From: Tubiluchus corallicola
Taxonomy: Eukaryota; Animalia; Priapulida
NCBI GenBank assembly: GCA_030141605.1
Contig: JAQGDQ010000039.1
Span: 558,001-622,000 of the forward strand
DNA length: 64,000 nucleotides
Reading direction: 5' to 3'
Shown: positions 52,986 to 64,000 of the stretch, piece after piece
Numbering within the stretch: position 1 is the stretch's first letter
How the letters are laid out: the number at the start of each line of letters is the position of its first letter
Notes under the pieces: model-generated
Databases searched by the model: none
What the model was told of the DNA's origin: nothing
The model's input: the letters and a program-made list of their open reading frames with translations, nothing else
Program-made: the position numbers and the translations under genes

Positions 52986-54454
52986 AGACATAATCATATA
53001 AAATAAAAACATTTGTGACATGTTTGTGGTCTGACAGTCTTCTACGAAAGCTGAAATGGAAAGAGACATAATGCAGTTTCATTTTTATTGAAAGTTAGTT
53101 AAGCGGCCATTCCTGGTAAAATGAGCTTTACCGCGTTCTTAGTTTCCAACAAGTAAGCGGGAAGTACATACTGTCATGATGTAACTCCATCTAAATTCAA
53201 TGAAAATTATCATGTAAAGATTGCATTACACGTTTTACAGCCATTTATTATGTTACACCTCTGCGGGCGTTCAGGTGTTTTACTAAGAACTAAACAATAT
53301 AAACAAGCGACGCGTTTTATTGACGTCAGTGCAATTTCGTTTTGTTTATAGTAGTACTTAGGCCAGCTGAATGAAAGGGTGGATCTGCCACAAAAACATT
53401 CAAATTCTCCCAAGTTTTGTCATTGGCTCCCTCTATAATGAGCTAGATACCGACGTGCTGCTTGCAAGTTATTAATTTGGGGTTTTAAAAAATTAGTGTT
53501 TAGTAATTTTAACCTTAAGATAACCACGGCGGATTGAAATGTCGTGTTTTTTCCTTTCTGCAGTGTTGTATTTTTTTATTAATTTTATCAATTTTTTCCA
53601 TTTATAAATAGGACTTAGCTCCATATTATTAAGAAGAATCATGCACATGAGCAAATAGGACTGCTATATGTAGCTTAATTTGGCACGCTCTGCATGTGTG
53701 AGACGGCTTGCCTCTATTGTTCCCAGTCAGCTGCTGTAGGGATCTTTGTTCCGTTGCGGTTTGGGGTTGCAAGAAAAACCAGCAATGGCATTTATGAAGC
53801 AAACACATGCACATAAGGCTAAAAGCTGAGCTGTTGAACATAACGGAGTAGTACCTGCTTCTGGCCTTCTGTACGTTTAGTACTTTAGTCAACTACATTT
53901 GTGAAGTGAGAAACTAATGAACGACCAACCGCGAGGGATTTGAACCAACGGATCAAGAAGTGGGAGAAGGGACCAATGGTCTCTAAATGCACAATAGGCC
54001 GTGAAACAAAGAGGATGAGCGACACTTGGAATGAAAAACATAAATAAATACTTCACCCGCAAAATTTTACATTAGAAAAGAAATCTATGAGCCACGGTGA
54101 CTGTGACACACCGTCAGAGGAATTCTAAAGAAACATAAAATTATGGCACTTATAATAGCGGTATAACATTTGTTATATTGCTGCGCTATACCATTCGGAG
54201 AAAAGCGCAACTGAAAGAATCTAATAAATAAAAATGATAAAATAAACAACTGGTTCATTTCACTAAATTTGAGGTAAAAGAGTGTCTCCCTCTGATTTTC
54301 CATTTTCACCCAAGAAAATAAGTAGTTGAATCTTAAAGGTCCACTGATACACTTGCTGTCAAAATTCACTACTGACTAGCGTGATACAAAAAAGTGAGTT
54401 TATTTCTTTATAAACTTGCGCGTTTCGCTTTGTTTAGCATTGAAACACTTCAAA

Positions 54455-54545
54455 TTTAGCGCCGCACAGACAACTTGCGAAAAACGAAAAATCGGGGAAG
54501 AAACGGAAGTGACGTCCCGTAAGGAATGACACTGCGCATGTATGA
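54455..54545. promoter_or_regulatory. Candidate promoter motif cluster (ETS-CRE composite, NRF1-like)
   Basis: CGGAAGTGACGTC at 54504-54516 and TGCGCATGT at 54533-54541 in a CpG-rich patch upstream of the FAM53 exons. Motif match only. Confidence 0.4.
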
Positions 54546-56375
54546 CTCTCGCTGTATTTACAAGTCAAGCCATACGCCAGTAATGGAGAGACTCGCTGAA
54601 GGCATTTTAGTACTAAGCTCAAATCATCGGTTTGTCCACACTTGTTTGAATGCACTATATTTTACAGATGAAAAATATTAATAACGAGGTGCAATGCGTA
54701 AAAGTTTTAGCGTGATATCACTGGTATTTCGCGCTGGGCTGCTTTCCTATTCATTTTCTGTTTTCCGATCATCTCTGCTTTATAAATGTCTTACTGCCAA
54801 GTTATCTTCTGCCCGATGTGCCATCTAGACGATGTTTCTGTCAAAGAGTGGTCGTTTTACGTTTTCCAGCAAATAAATTGTAAAATAACAGTGGATTTTT
54901 AGGTACCGATCGACGAAAAAAGAACTAGACAGTAAGGCAGTGTCCCCTGGGCTTTACCGACGTTTTGAGCCTGTGCAGACCGGGTATACTGTCTGACTTA
55001 ATGTGAGGTTCAAAATGAAAAGAACCGGAAAACCAAGAAGAAAAGTTAAGAGCGTTTCATTAAAAGAATATTTTACATTCCTACATTTTTAGACACTTCG
55101 GAAAACGTTTGTGGTACTTTTGTGGAATGTGAGAATGATGTTTGTCAAAAATATTCTCATAGACTACAGTTTAACTGCTGATCGAGGTGCATAAAGTTTT
55201 GTGCAGTCGAGCACCTTTGTTCTACGTGTAGCTGCCCAAACTTTATTTTTCGCATGTCTAGCAGGATATGTGGGCGATTCTATTTGCGGCAAAAGGGTGG
55301 GATGTTCTATCCTCACTGCGGTCGCGTTTTTTGTGCCATTTTTACGTTGCCGTAAAAAATCGGGAGAAATATTTCAAAATGTGAAGGAAGGGAAGTTTTT
55401 GGTAAGGTTGGAATGTCTTACTGCTAATCTTGACTAAATATAGTTTTCATGAGATTTAGCTAGAAAGATTAATTATTACCTTACTTACTGTGCACCTAAC
55501 CCAAAATAATGGCCAGCACCATGCTTGCAGCATGATTTTATTCACGGGAGTACTCCGTTCACCAATTCTTCAGAAAGTCTACGCACAGTTTAAATAACTG
55601 TAGAGTAACATCGAAGAGCTCTGTATACATACTGTGTTTGTTACTACAAATTTGCTGTCCCTTGCAGATTGCACCTAACTCAAGTTACCATGTCACATAA
55701 AAGTATGCATCAGTACTGTTTTATGAATTAGGAAAAATGATTAAGCTGATTAAGCGAATTAAGCTGATGATGTCGTCAGGGTAAGAGCATGTGCACAAAT
55801 AAATTCAGTTCGAGACTCAAGGGGCGTTGTTTATCTTATTGGTTCACGTATCGCAAATGATTAATAGTCCACCAATTCTTCAATATTTAGTTATCCGTTG
55901 AAAACATTAAACAACAGCCATAGAAAAGCACTAGCCAGTCCTCGCAGACAAAGTCTGGCAGCTTGCCAAAAATTTTATACCTACCCTCTTGCTAAACAGC
56001 ACAGCATAGATTTACAGCTAGTAAGCTAGGCTGCTGGCTAGTAGAGCTTTATACATATCTATTTACGTACCACATGGCCAATAAACTCAACTTGAACTGG
56101 TGAGGTTGGGCGCAGGCTAAAAGCTTTCGAGTCTGGGGATATTGTTACTATAAATGACGCTAGTGAACTAGGTTAGCTGCAAATCAATCATGCATGTAGT
56201 ACTCAAGGTACTCAACAATCAACTGCTCAATATGTATAATATCAACATTAAATTTCAGCACAATAATCTGCAACAAAAGAACAAGCGATAATGATAATCA
56301 TGGATTGTAACAAAAGCTAAGGTACCACTGACCAGGAGGCATGCATTTTTTAGCATTCTTTAACAGATCCAAAAG

Positions 56376-56930
56376 CCAGCTGACAGTTAGCGGACAGAGG
56401 GCTGATGGTTGATGGACAAGGGATTGCTGTTACAGCTAGCTGATGCACAGAAGACTGCCGATACAGCTACGTGATGGACAGAGAACTGCTGATACAGTTA
56501 GCTGATGGATAGAGGACTGCCGATACAGCTAGTTGATGGACAGCTGATTCAGCAAGCTGATGGACAGAAGACTTCTGATACAGCCAACTGATGGATAGAC
56601 GACTGCTGATACAGCTAGCTGATGGACAGAAGATTTCTGATACAGCTAACAATGGATAGACGACTGCTGATACAGCTAGCTGATGGGTAGGCGACTGCTG
56701 ATACAGTTAGCTGATGGATAGACGACTGCTGACACAGCTAACTGATGGATAGAAGACTTCTGATACACCTAACTGATGGACAGACGACTGCTGATCCAGC
56801 TACGTCATGGACAGAAGACTTCTGATAAAGCTAACTGCTGGATAGAGGATTGCTGATACAGCTAGCTGGTGCATAAACGATTGTTGATACAGCTAGCTGA
56901 TGGACAGAAGACTTCTAATACAGCTAACTG
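56376..56930. repeat. 31-bp minisatellite, ~17 copies
   Basis: Consensus gctgatggacagaagactgctgatacagcta. Confidence 0.95.
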
Positions 56931-59900
56931 GAGGGCAAAGCCATAAAATCTTTATTATTGTCATATCTTCAGTGACGCAACCACAGACCGAAAGGTCACT
57001 TGACATATAGGTCGCAAGAACGAATGTTTTACATAACAGAAGCTGAGTAAATAGCCTTCATACACTGGTATCCTGCTGGAGGATAACAAAAACAAAACTC
57101 CCACGAGCCTCTATAAATTATGCAACAAAAACCTCGCCAGAAGAGAAGAAAGATAAAGTGATGAAATGGAGCCATTAAACTCTACAGCCACAGCGTTGTA
57201 TTGATTTAACCAACAAATCCAGTGCTAAGACGTGTTTAGATGTGTGCGTGGGCAGAGAGCTGTAGCAAAGCTCCACGGTCAATGTCGTCCGAAAATGAGG
57301 TTAAGCAAAACCATCGCTTTGTTTCTTGTCTCCCAGTCCCAGAGCTGAAGCCGAAGTTAAGCTGTTTTCTTTGTTGCTCACATTTAATAAAATCCAAAGC
57401 TGCATTCGCATTTTATTATGACATAGCACACAGAAGTCCAATAATTCTAGCAATTAGAACTGCAACCACGGCTCATATTGGCACATTCACCAATTAAATT
57501 CGTTAAGGAAAATAGAGGCTAGTGTGCAATCTAATGACAGGAGAATGTAATTATCGTTATGATACAACATTTAATAATGTATTATAAGCATTTTAACCTC
57601 AACGTTGGTAAACCTCACGTCGCAGCACTAACTAGCACCTACATTATTGACTATCAAAAGCGCACATTCATTCAGTACACTCACAGCATACAATTATTGC
57701 TATTGGCGACCCTCGCAACCAGCTTCACGCGTAACTTGCCCTGGATCATAAGTTGTTTCCTAGATGAGTGTCCAAGGTGATAAGACTATTAATGATAAAC
57801 TAGAATCATTTTTCTATTACTTAATGAACCATATATTAAAACGATGTTAATATTGCGTATAATATGCCTAGGCTAAATATAAAAGCCCGCCTGAATGTTC
57901 CTATGAAAATTAGCTCGAATGTTACTAAATGCACATCGCCATTCAGTAAATTGATTTCGCAAAGTATACTCTCTTTCAAGATGGTATAAAACTATAAACT
58001 ACGGATTACGCAAGAATGTAAACAAAATATATAGGTTGCGCCTGATTTGGATGTGAATTATTTATTTTATGTAATTTATTTATTCAGTCAACAAAGAACA
58101 TTTAAATTTTACAAAGTGCAATAAAAAATAGTGACGTCACATTAAATAATTGAAAGTGAGATATAAAAACAATTAAAAAATATTACGAATGTGATACAAT
58201 AAAATGCTAGTTTAGAATACTCATATATTGGGTGAAACCATGTAACTTCTAGTTCTAATATACGTATCATAAGCTACGTATTGACAATTGAGAAATTTCC
58301 TCAAAGTAAAGTCGTAAGCTGACTGTAATTTGTGAAAGGTATGCTGATTATAATATATAATCAAACCCAGAGAGACAATGCATAAAAACTACAAGGTTCT
58401 TGCTTCCTGATGGCCTTGCTTTAGTCCAAAATATTTGCGTACGGCTGTATTTGCACTTAGGGAACGTTACTGTAAGAGCTAACAATTTTACAGTTACACG
58501 CGTTTAATGGTAACATAATAATACTAAGCCAAACCGATATTAATTCTTTTGGCTTAATAATTAGTATCATGTAGCATTGTAAACCCGATTCACAGTGAAA
58601 AATCCATCGGCTTTTTGCGGAATAGAGGATATTTGCCATAAACGCATAAACCAAGACCAACATCAATCCACTGTCCGTGTGGTATATGTGTTTGCAGCGA
58701 AATTAAGCAGCGACAAGACCAAGTTTTTAACCCGTCAAACACGTAGATAACAGTAGACAAAATAGTGCATTTTTACATTTCCATTTTTTGTGAATTAAAC
58801 GTAAAAAGTCACCATCCAAATACTACCTGGCGTTCACTCGTCGCTCATCTATGGTGTGAAGGAATTCACTGCTCACTTCGTCTAAACCTGAGTAACTAAA
58901 CAGAGCAATTCAAGTTTCCCCACTAGCCGATGTGGCCAAACCACAGCTATTCGCATACCAAAGGCTAGGGCCTCGTTGCAGCTTTATAGATATTTGTGGT
59001 TCAGCAACAGCCAAATGCCAAACCACGTTACGGATAAAGAGTATTCAAACGCTTAACATGCTTAATTATACCATAGAAAGCTTAAAATACGCGACTGCCA
59101 AAACTTATAATATAAGATGTAGAGAACAGCCATTATAAAACTCGCGTTGCAAGCTCGGGGCTTTTTATTAAAACGGGGAACAGGATACACGGCAACTATG
59201 CCGACCACATTCTTGCTACACTGGAATTTGCAGCACATTTTATAACTTCACAAAACATGTGCAGCAGAACCGCAATTATTATTAATGATGAAAACACGCG
59301 GGGCCGAATCAGGGTTCTAATAATAGGGGACCATACAGTCACATACTAAAACATATATATTATTTTTCTGTAGCACAGTACTATCGAAGCTAAAACGAAA
59401 AGAACAATCTCCCAGGCAAACAGTGGGCGTTATGAAGATGAAATATATTTTATCCGTAAATAACAACAATGCAGGCAAAATTGCAGAAATAAACCGTCAG
59501 AGACTTGAGGAATAAATTATTAACTATGCGTTCAATTAACGTGGCACTATGTTACCCAACAACAGGGGCGTTTTTAATATAGTTATTAGTCACTAAGAAT
59601 GTCGCTTCTGTGCAATAAAAAAGCAATTTTAAATCAATTACAGAGTAGTGTTAGTGCGTCACTGTCAAAAATGAATTAAATGAGCTTTTGTGCAATCCAA
59701 TATCATTTAGGTCACATGTAGGTCAGCATTTGTAAATTGAGTATGAACCATTCGTGTCATTGCTAGGGCGTTTTGCAAGTATAGGACAATAATACTGACG
59801 TTCTGGCAAAGCCTAAAGGTCCTCAGTTCGGATCTATTGTTGATGCCCATGACAGCACACAAATCATACGATATTTCCGACAATACAAGACCTGAATTAC

Positions 59901-62900
59901 AATCCTTGTTATAATGCCAGGTAAAATTGCAGATAAAATTTGTTTGCCATAAATTCTGCCTGCAAACTATCGCGTCAAGGATATAGTGCAACAGTTGGCA
60001 GCGTGCCAAAAACGAACAGGGCGGCTCTACTGATTTGTTTAAAGGTCTAGCGGATCCAAACACAATATCGTGTGTGCTGAGAGGCTGCATAATTTTACCT
60101 ATGGAGGAACTGTGCAATACGAGTAACAGTGAATATGCAGTAACATCGTCATCACCATTTAACTGTCGTTCATTACATCGTCATCATCAATTAACTGCCG
60201 TAATGAGCGACACCAATTCACTGGTAATGATTATTTGAAGTGAATAGTAAACTCTCTCTCTGCGCAGAGTGCAGTCAAAAAGCAGGTTTACTTAAAGGTA
60301 GACGCGTGTTTGATTAATTACTTTTTATTACTAACATTGTTCAATTCAACAACATTTTTAGTTGAAATTGATTGGCAATTACAGTTATACTGACTATTGC
60401 AGCATTGTGCAGAACACCATTATTAAATAAATCTACTAATTTCAGTAATTCTGTGAACATTACGAAATGTCACGAACTAAGAATTACTATTAGAAGAGTA
60501 ATTTTGACGCCTCTGTCAAGAACCATCAAAAATTCGAATAAAATGAAAAAGAAAAAACTTACAGTTGCAGTTTGCACGTGAAAAACAACCAATCGACCTG
60601 TGGAACTGCAGTTAATTATAGCGTGCAGTTCAGTAACACTTGAATCGATTAGAAAGTTTTAAATTTTTCTTTTATTTATTCGGCACACGAAAGTCGAATC
60701 AGAAAATGGTTACACTTTATTGGATAGAAAGGGTTAAAACAAACTTCGGCAAAGATTTGCTCAAAAAGTTAATAAGCATGGTTTAATTTTAGAAAAAAAG
60801 TATTAGTAGAAATGGACAAACGTCAGTTCTAATTAGGCCACCCGATCTTTGAGCCGCCGCTCCTGTTCTGGACCCACCCGTGATGTTTAGAATTGTGAGC
60901 AATCAATAATAATTTACTGAACCAACAGAAAAATGTACGCCTATACTAAAACCAGATAACGTTGCCATTCACCGCACGCTGCACTATGGTTGAAGTTTCG
61001 TGTAACTCATAGATCTATGGTGTAGCTTTATTTATGCACGCACATAGCCTATAGTAATAACGTCATTCAATAAGGCCAGCATTCATACAATTGATTCACT
61101 TAGCTGGCTGCAGGCCTTCAACTTTTAATAATACACCGGGGAGGCTTAAATGTGCAACTCATAGTAACGCTTGGATACACAACACGCACCCGCCTGTATT
61201 CTGCTAGCGGGTAATTAAAAAAGATCATTATTGTTTGAGCCATTTATGTAATCATACAAGTGTCACGACATAGACCTTTGTTTAATGAAACACGAATGAG
61301 ACGGTTTCATTGAACAAATGAAACAACCGTTAGAAAATATATAGAAAAAAATAACTATGAACGTTTATTTTTACATAAAAGAAAGACCAATTTAAAATCG
61401 ATAGAGGTGGTACAAGGTAATTTTCAACATGGTAATCTTCAGAGAATCAGAATAGCACACGATTTACATTGATTCGCAAAGTATGAAAATGTTTCGCAAA
61501 CTATTGATTCGCAAATGTGTGTTTAAACTGCGGAAAAATTTACAAAGATGTGCCAAAACTCAGAGTAAAAATACGTAAAAACTGTGTCAGTGACATTGGC
61601 AGAATTACACTGGTTCGGCGTTACACTGATTCAGCAATGGTTTCAACTTTACACTGGTTCAGCAACATTAAGTAAATATGCTGATAACACAAGAACCTTA
61701 TATAAAACACTGCGCATTCCCAAACACCTCAAAAAATGTGCTAAACCTGGACTGAACGAAACTACCCCTCCGCCCGTTAATGAATGACATGTTCCACATT
61801 TTCCAAACGCTACTACTTGGCATTACTGGTACTAAGGCAACAGGATAATGTAATTCCAGACTTTCTGAAATGAATCCAAGACAGTAATAGAAAAATGTAC
61901 GTGAAAATAGTCGAACAACGCAGAACATACATGCATTCCTTCTTCGTCCAAACAAAGCGGCAAAGTATACATGTGTTTAAAGAATTTCGCTGTTTGCATC
62001 ACATTCAAGCTCTAAAGGTGCGTTCACATCACATCAGTTAGCGCAGATGCTTGACGAACATAGATAAAAGTGCAGTCTGGTTTGCCTAATGGAACCTGGC
62101 CTACGGTTTTTACATACCTAAGAACTGTTATTTGTGTAAGAGAACGTAGAGAATTTTGCTTTCTATAGGGCATCATTTAATATACGATAGTTTTCGGTTT
62201 AAAAAACATATTATCATTGCCTCGATCCAGTTATAGATGACATTCATATATGACGCATTTATATGAAGCACCCAATGGTGTGCATTGCTTATAACCTTAT
62301 AACATTGCTTACATTGCCTAACATATGCCTATAAAATTGAAGCAGTGAAAAACCCCGGTAAAAATTTTTTTATAAACTTAAATTTTAACTTTTATAAAAC
62401 TGAAAATTCTGAATACATTCACACTGTTATATAGCAGTCATACCAAAAAATTTATAATCTTAAACACGAACTACACAAATGCTGGTGAAGTGAAAATGTG
62501 AAGAACGTTTAATACACTTTAACAATTAGGCAAAAAAGTATATAAGTTGCTAGGGTCTTGCATAGTATACGATTTACAGCTGTATTGGTCGTAAGCGGAA
62601 ATTACACAAACATTGCATGTCATTGCAATTTCTCCTAGCATGCGGCCAATTTAGTCATCTTCGCAAATTTTACAATTCTCACAAACATACCAATACGTAT
62701 TAGACCCGCAGAGACGCTGTAAACCAATATTACAGGACGAAAAAGCTACTTGGGTTTGACCTAGCAATTTACGACAAACTACTCATCAACATGTTCAAAA
62801 ACAGCAAGTTGCCCTTTTCACGAATTTGCTAGTTACATGCGTATTTATACGAGCTCTGACAAGAAGAGACAACGTATGATATCTCCAGCTTAAGTGCTAA

Positions 62901-63579
62901 GGCACTTAGCTCTGTTCACTTTCACGGCGCATATAATAATATATAGCATATAGCAAAATAAAGCTAATAGCTTTTTGCTTGAATCTTGTCAACTATTTTC
63001 ACACATAGCGAAAAAAACAAGTCCTGAATACGTGATATTTACAGCTTTTAAGTTTAGTCTGACGGAAAAGCCTTTTTTTAATATTAATGAAGTGCTCCTA
63101 CCTGTTCATGTATGATACGGGGAAACAGCATCACGGCCCTGGATCCTATCATAACCGAGGCGAATCGGGAAACTGGGGACGCCTGCTCTGCTTGACTAGA
63201 AACGGGAGCTATAATAAACGTACACAGCCTTCTAAAATGCCTCAAACATTGACACAGGAAATTCATCTAGGCAACTCAAAAGCCTACAAGCTTCAGTGCG
63301 CAGGCGCAAACATCAGCGCATGCATTTTGTGCGTAAACGGGCGGAGGTAAAGACGAAAAACAGGGTATCCAGTGCAAGCATTGCTTACATTCAATCTCAA
63401 CTAACGTAATGTCTTTCAGCACATTTGATAACCGCGACAACCACCCAAACATTTCGCTAAATAAATTATTAATCAATTTAATGCCTTTCAATGTTATTTT
63501 TTCGATGTGTTACAGCTGGAACCATTTTGGTAGAATAAAGTTTTCTTTAACAACTTAGGTGGTGGTTAACAGTCTAGAG

Positions 63580-64000
63580 CAACGGTTCTCAACCTTTTTA
63601 GAGCGTTAACCCCAAGTCGACCACTCAGTGCCTCCATTAACCCCCATCTCTACCCCTGGAAGGAAAAATGACTGAAATAATGCAAATTTCAATTTGAAAC
63701 ACTAGTATGCAGTCCCAGATTCCAGGAATTTGATTGTGATTGTAACAAGATTGAGAAAGCCACCAACATGTCAACTAGCTACGTCAGATTCAATAACATT
63801 GCGTGGGTGGGGGTAACAATATGCTTTGATCTCACTGTGACACTGTCTTTAGGTTCATCACACGGTCATATCGCTTAATACATCACTCTGCAATCTAATA
63901 ACAGGCCTGATCTAACAAATAGGTGATTTTTTTTCTTCTGAGTGTAAAGTCCCATTAACCCCCAGAATTGGTGCCATTAACCCCCTGGGGGTTAATTAAC
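63580..64000. mobile_element. hAT-Charlie-type MITE, right end beyond window
   Basis: Starts CAACGGTTCTCAACCTTTTT (Charlie-like TIR) directly after GTCTAGAG, which fits the NTCTAGAN target consensus; subterminal ttaacccc motifs at both ends. Confidence 0.8.

Noticed and set aside
59707-60117. 136-aa ORF
   Set aside because: No recognisable motif or convincing splice signals; compatible with chance.
63389-63456. Exon-like segment MFGWLSRLSNVLKDITLVEIE with gtaagc donor as FAM53 first exon
   Set aside because: Ends in phase 1, incompatible with the 61-nt exon; weak acceptor and no clear FAM53 similarity.

Overview
AT-rich, intron-rich metazoan (invertebrate-type) genomic DNA; nothing here looks prokaryotic or viral. 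There are two host genes, both on the minus strand. (1) A CCDC28-family gene with its whole CDS in one exon (1016-1513). (2) A FAM53/simplet-family gene assembled by eye from five phase-compatible coding exons (39902-39962, 31493-32379, 30752-30829, 29989-30069, 14753-14905; 419 aa plus an unidentified first exon). The rest is introns and intergenic DNA full of mobile-element remnants and tandem repeats. The clearest element is a young, 5'-truncated RTE-clade LINE (12-bp TSD, open RT frame) nested in a 390-bp hAT-type MITE (8-bp TSD). Also present are other MITEs, decayed LINE fragments, a tRNA-derived element, minisatellites, microsatellites and a ~310-bp intronic foldback. Most other short ORFs are repeat artefacts or chance. 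I found no evidence of a new multi-gene system. The best leads concern FAM53 gene structure, the CCDC28 architecture, the nested insertion and the foldback. Family assignments come from remembered motifs, not database searches.
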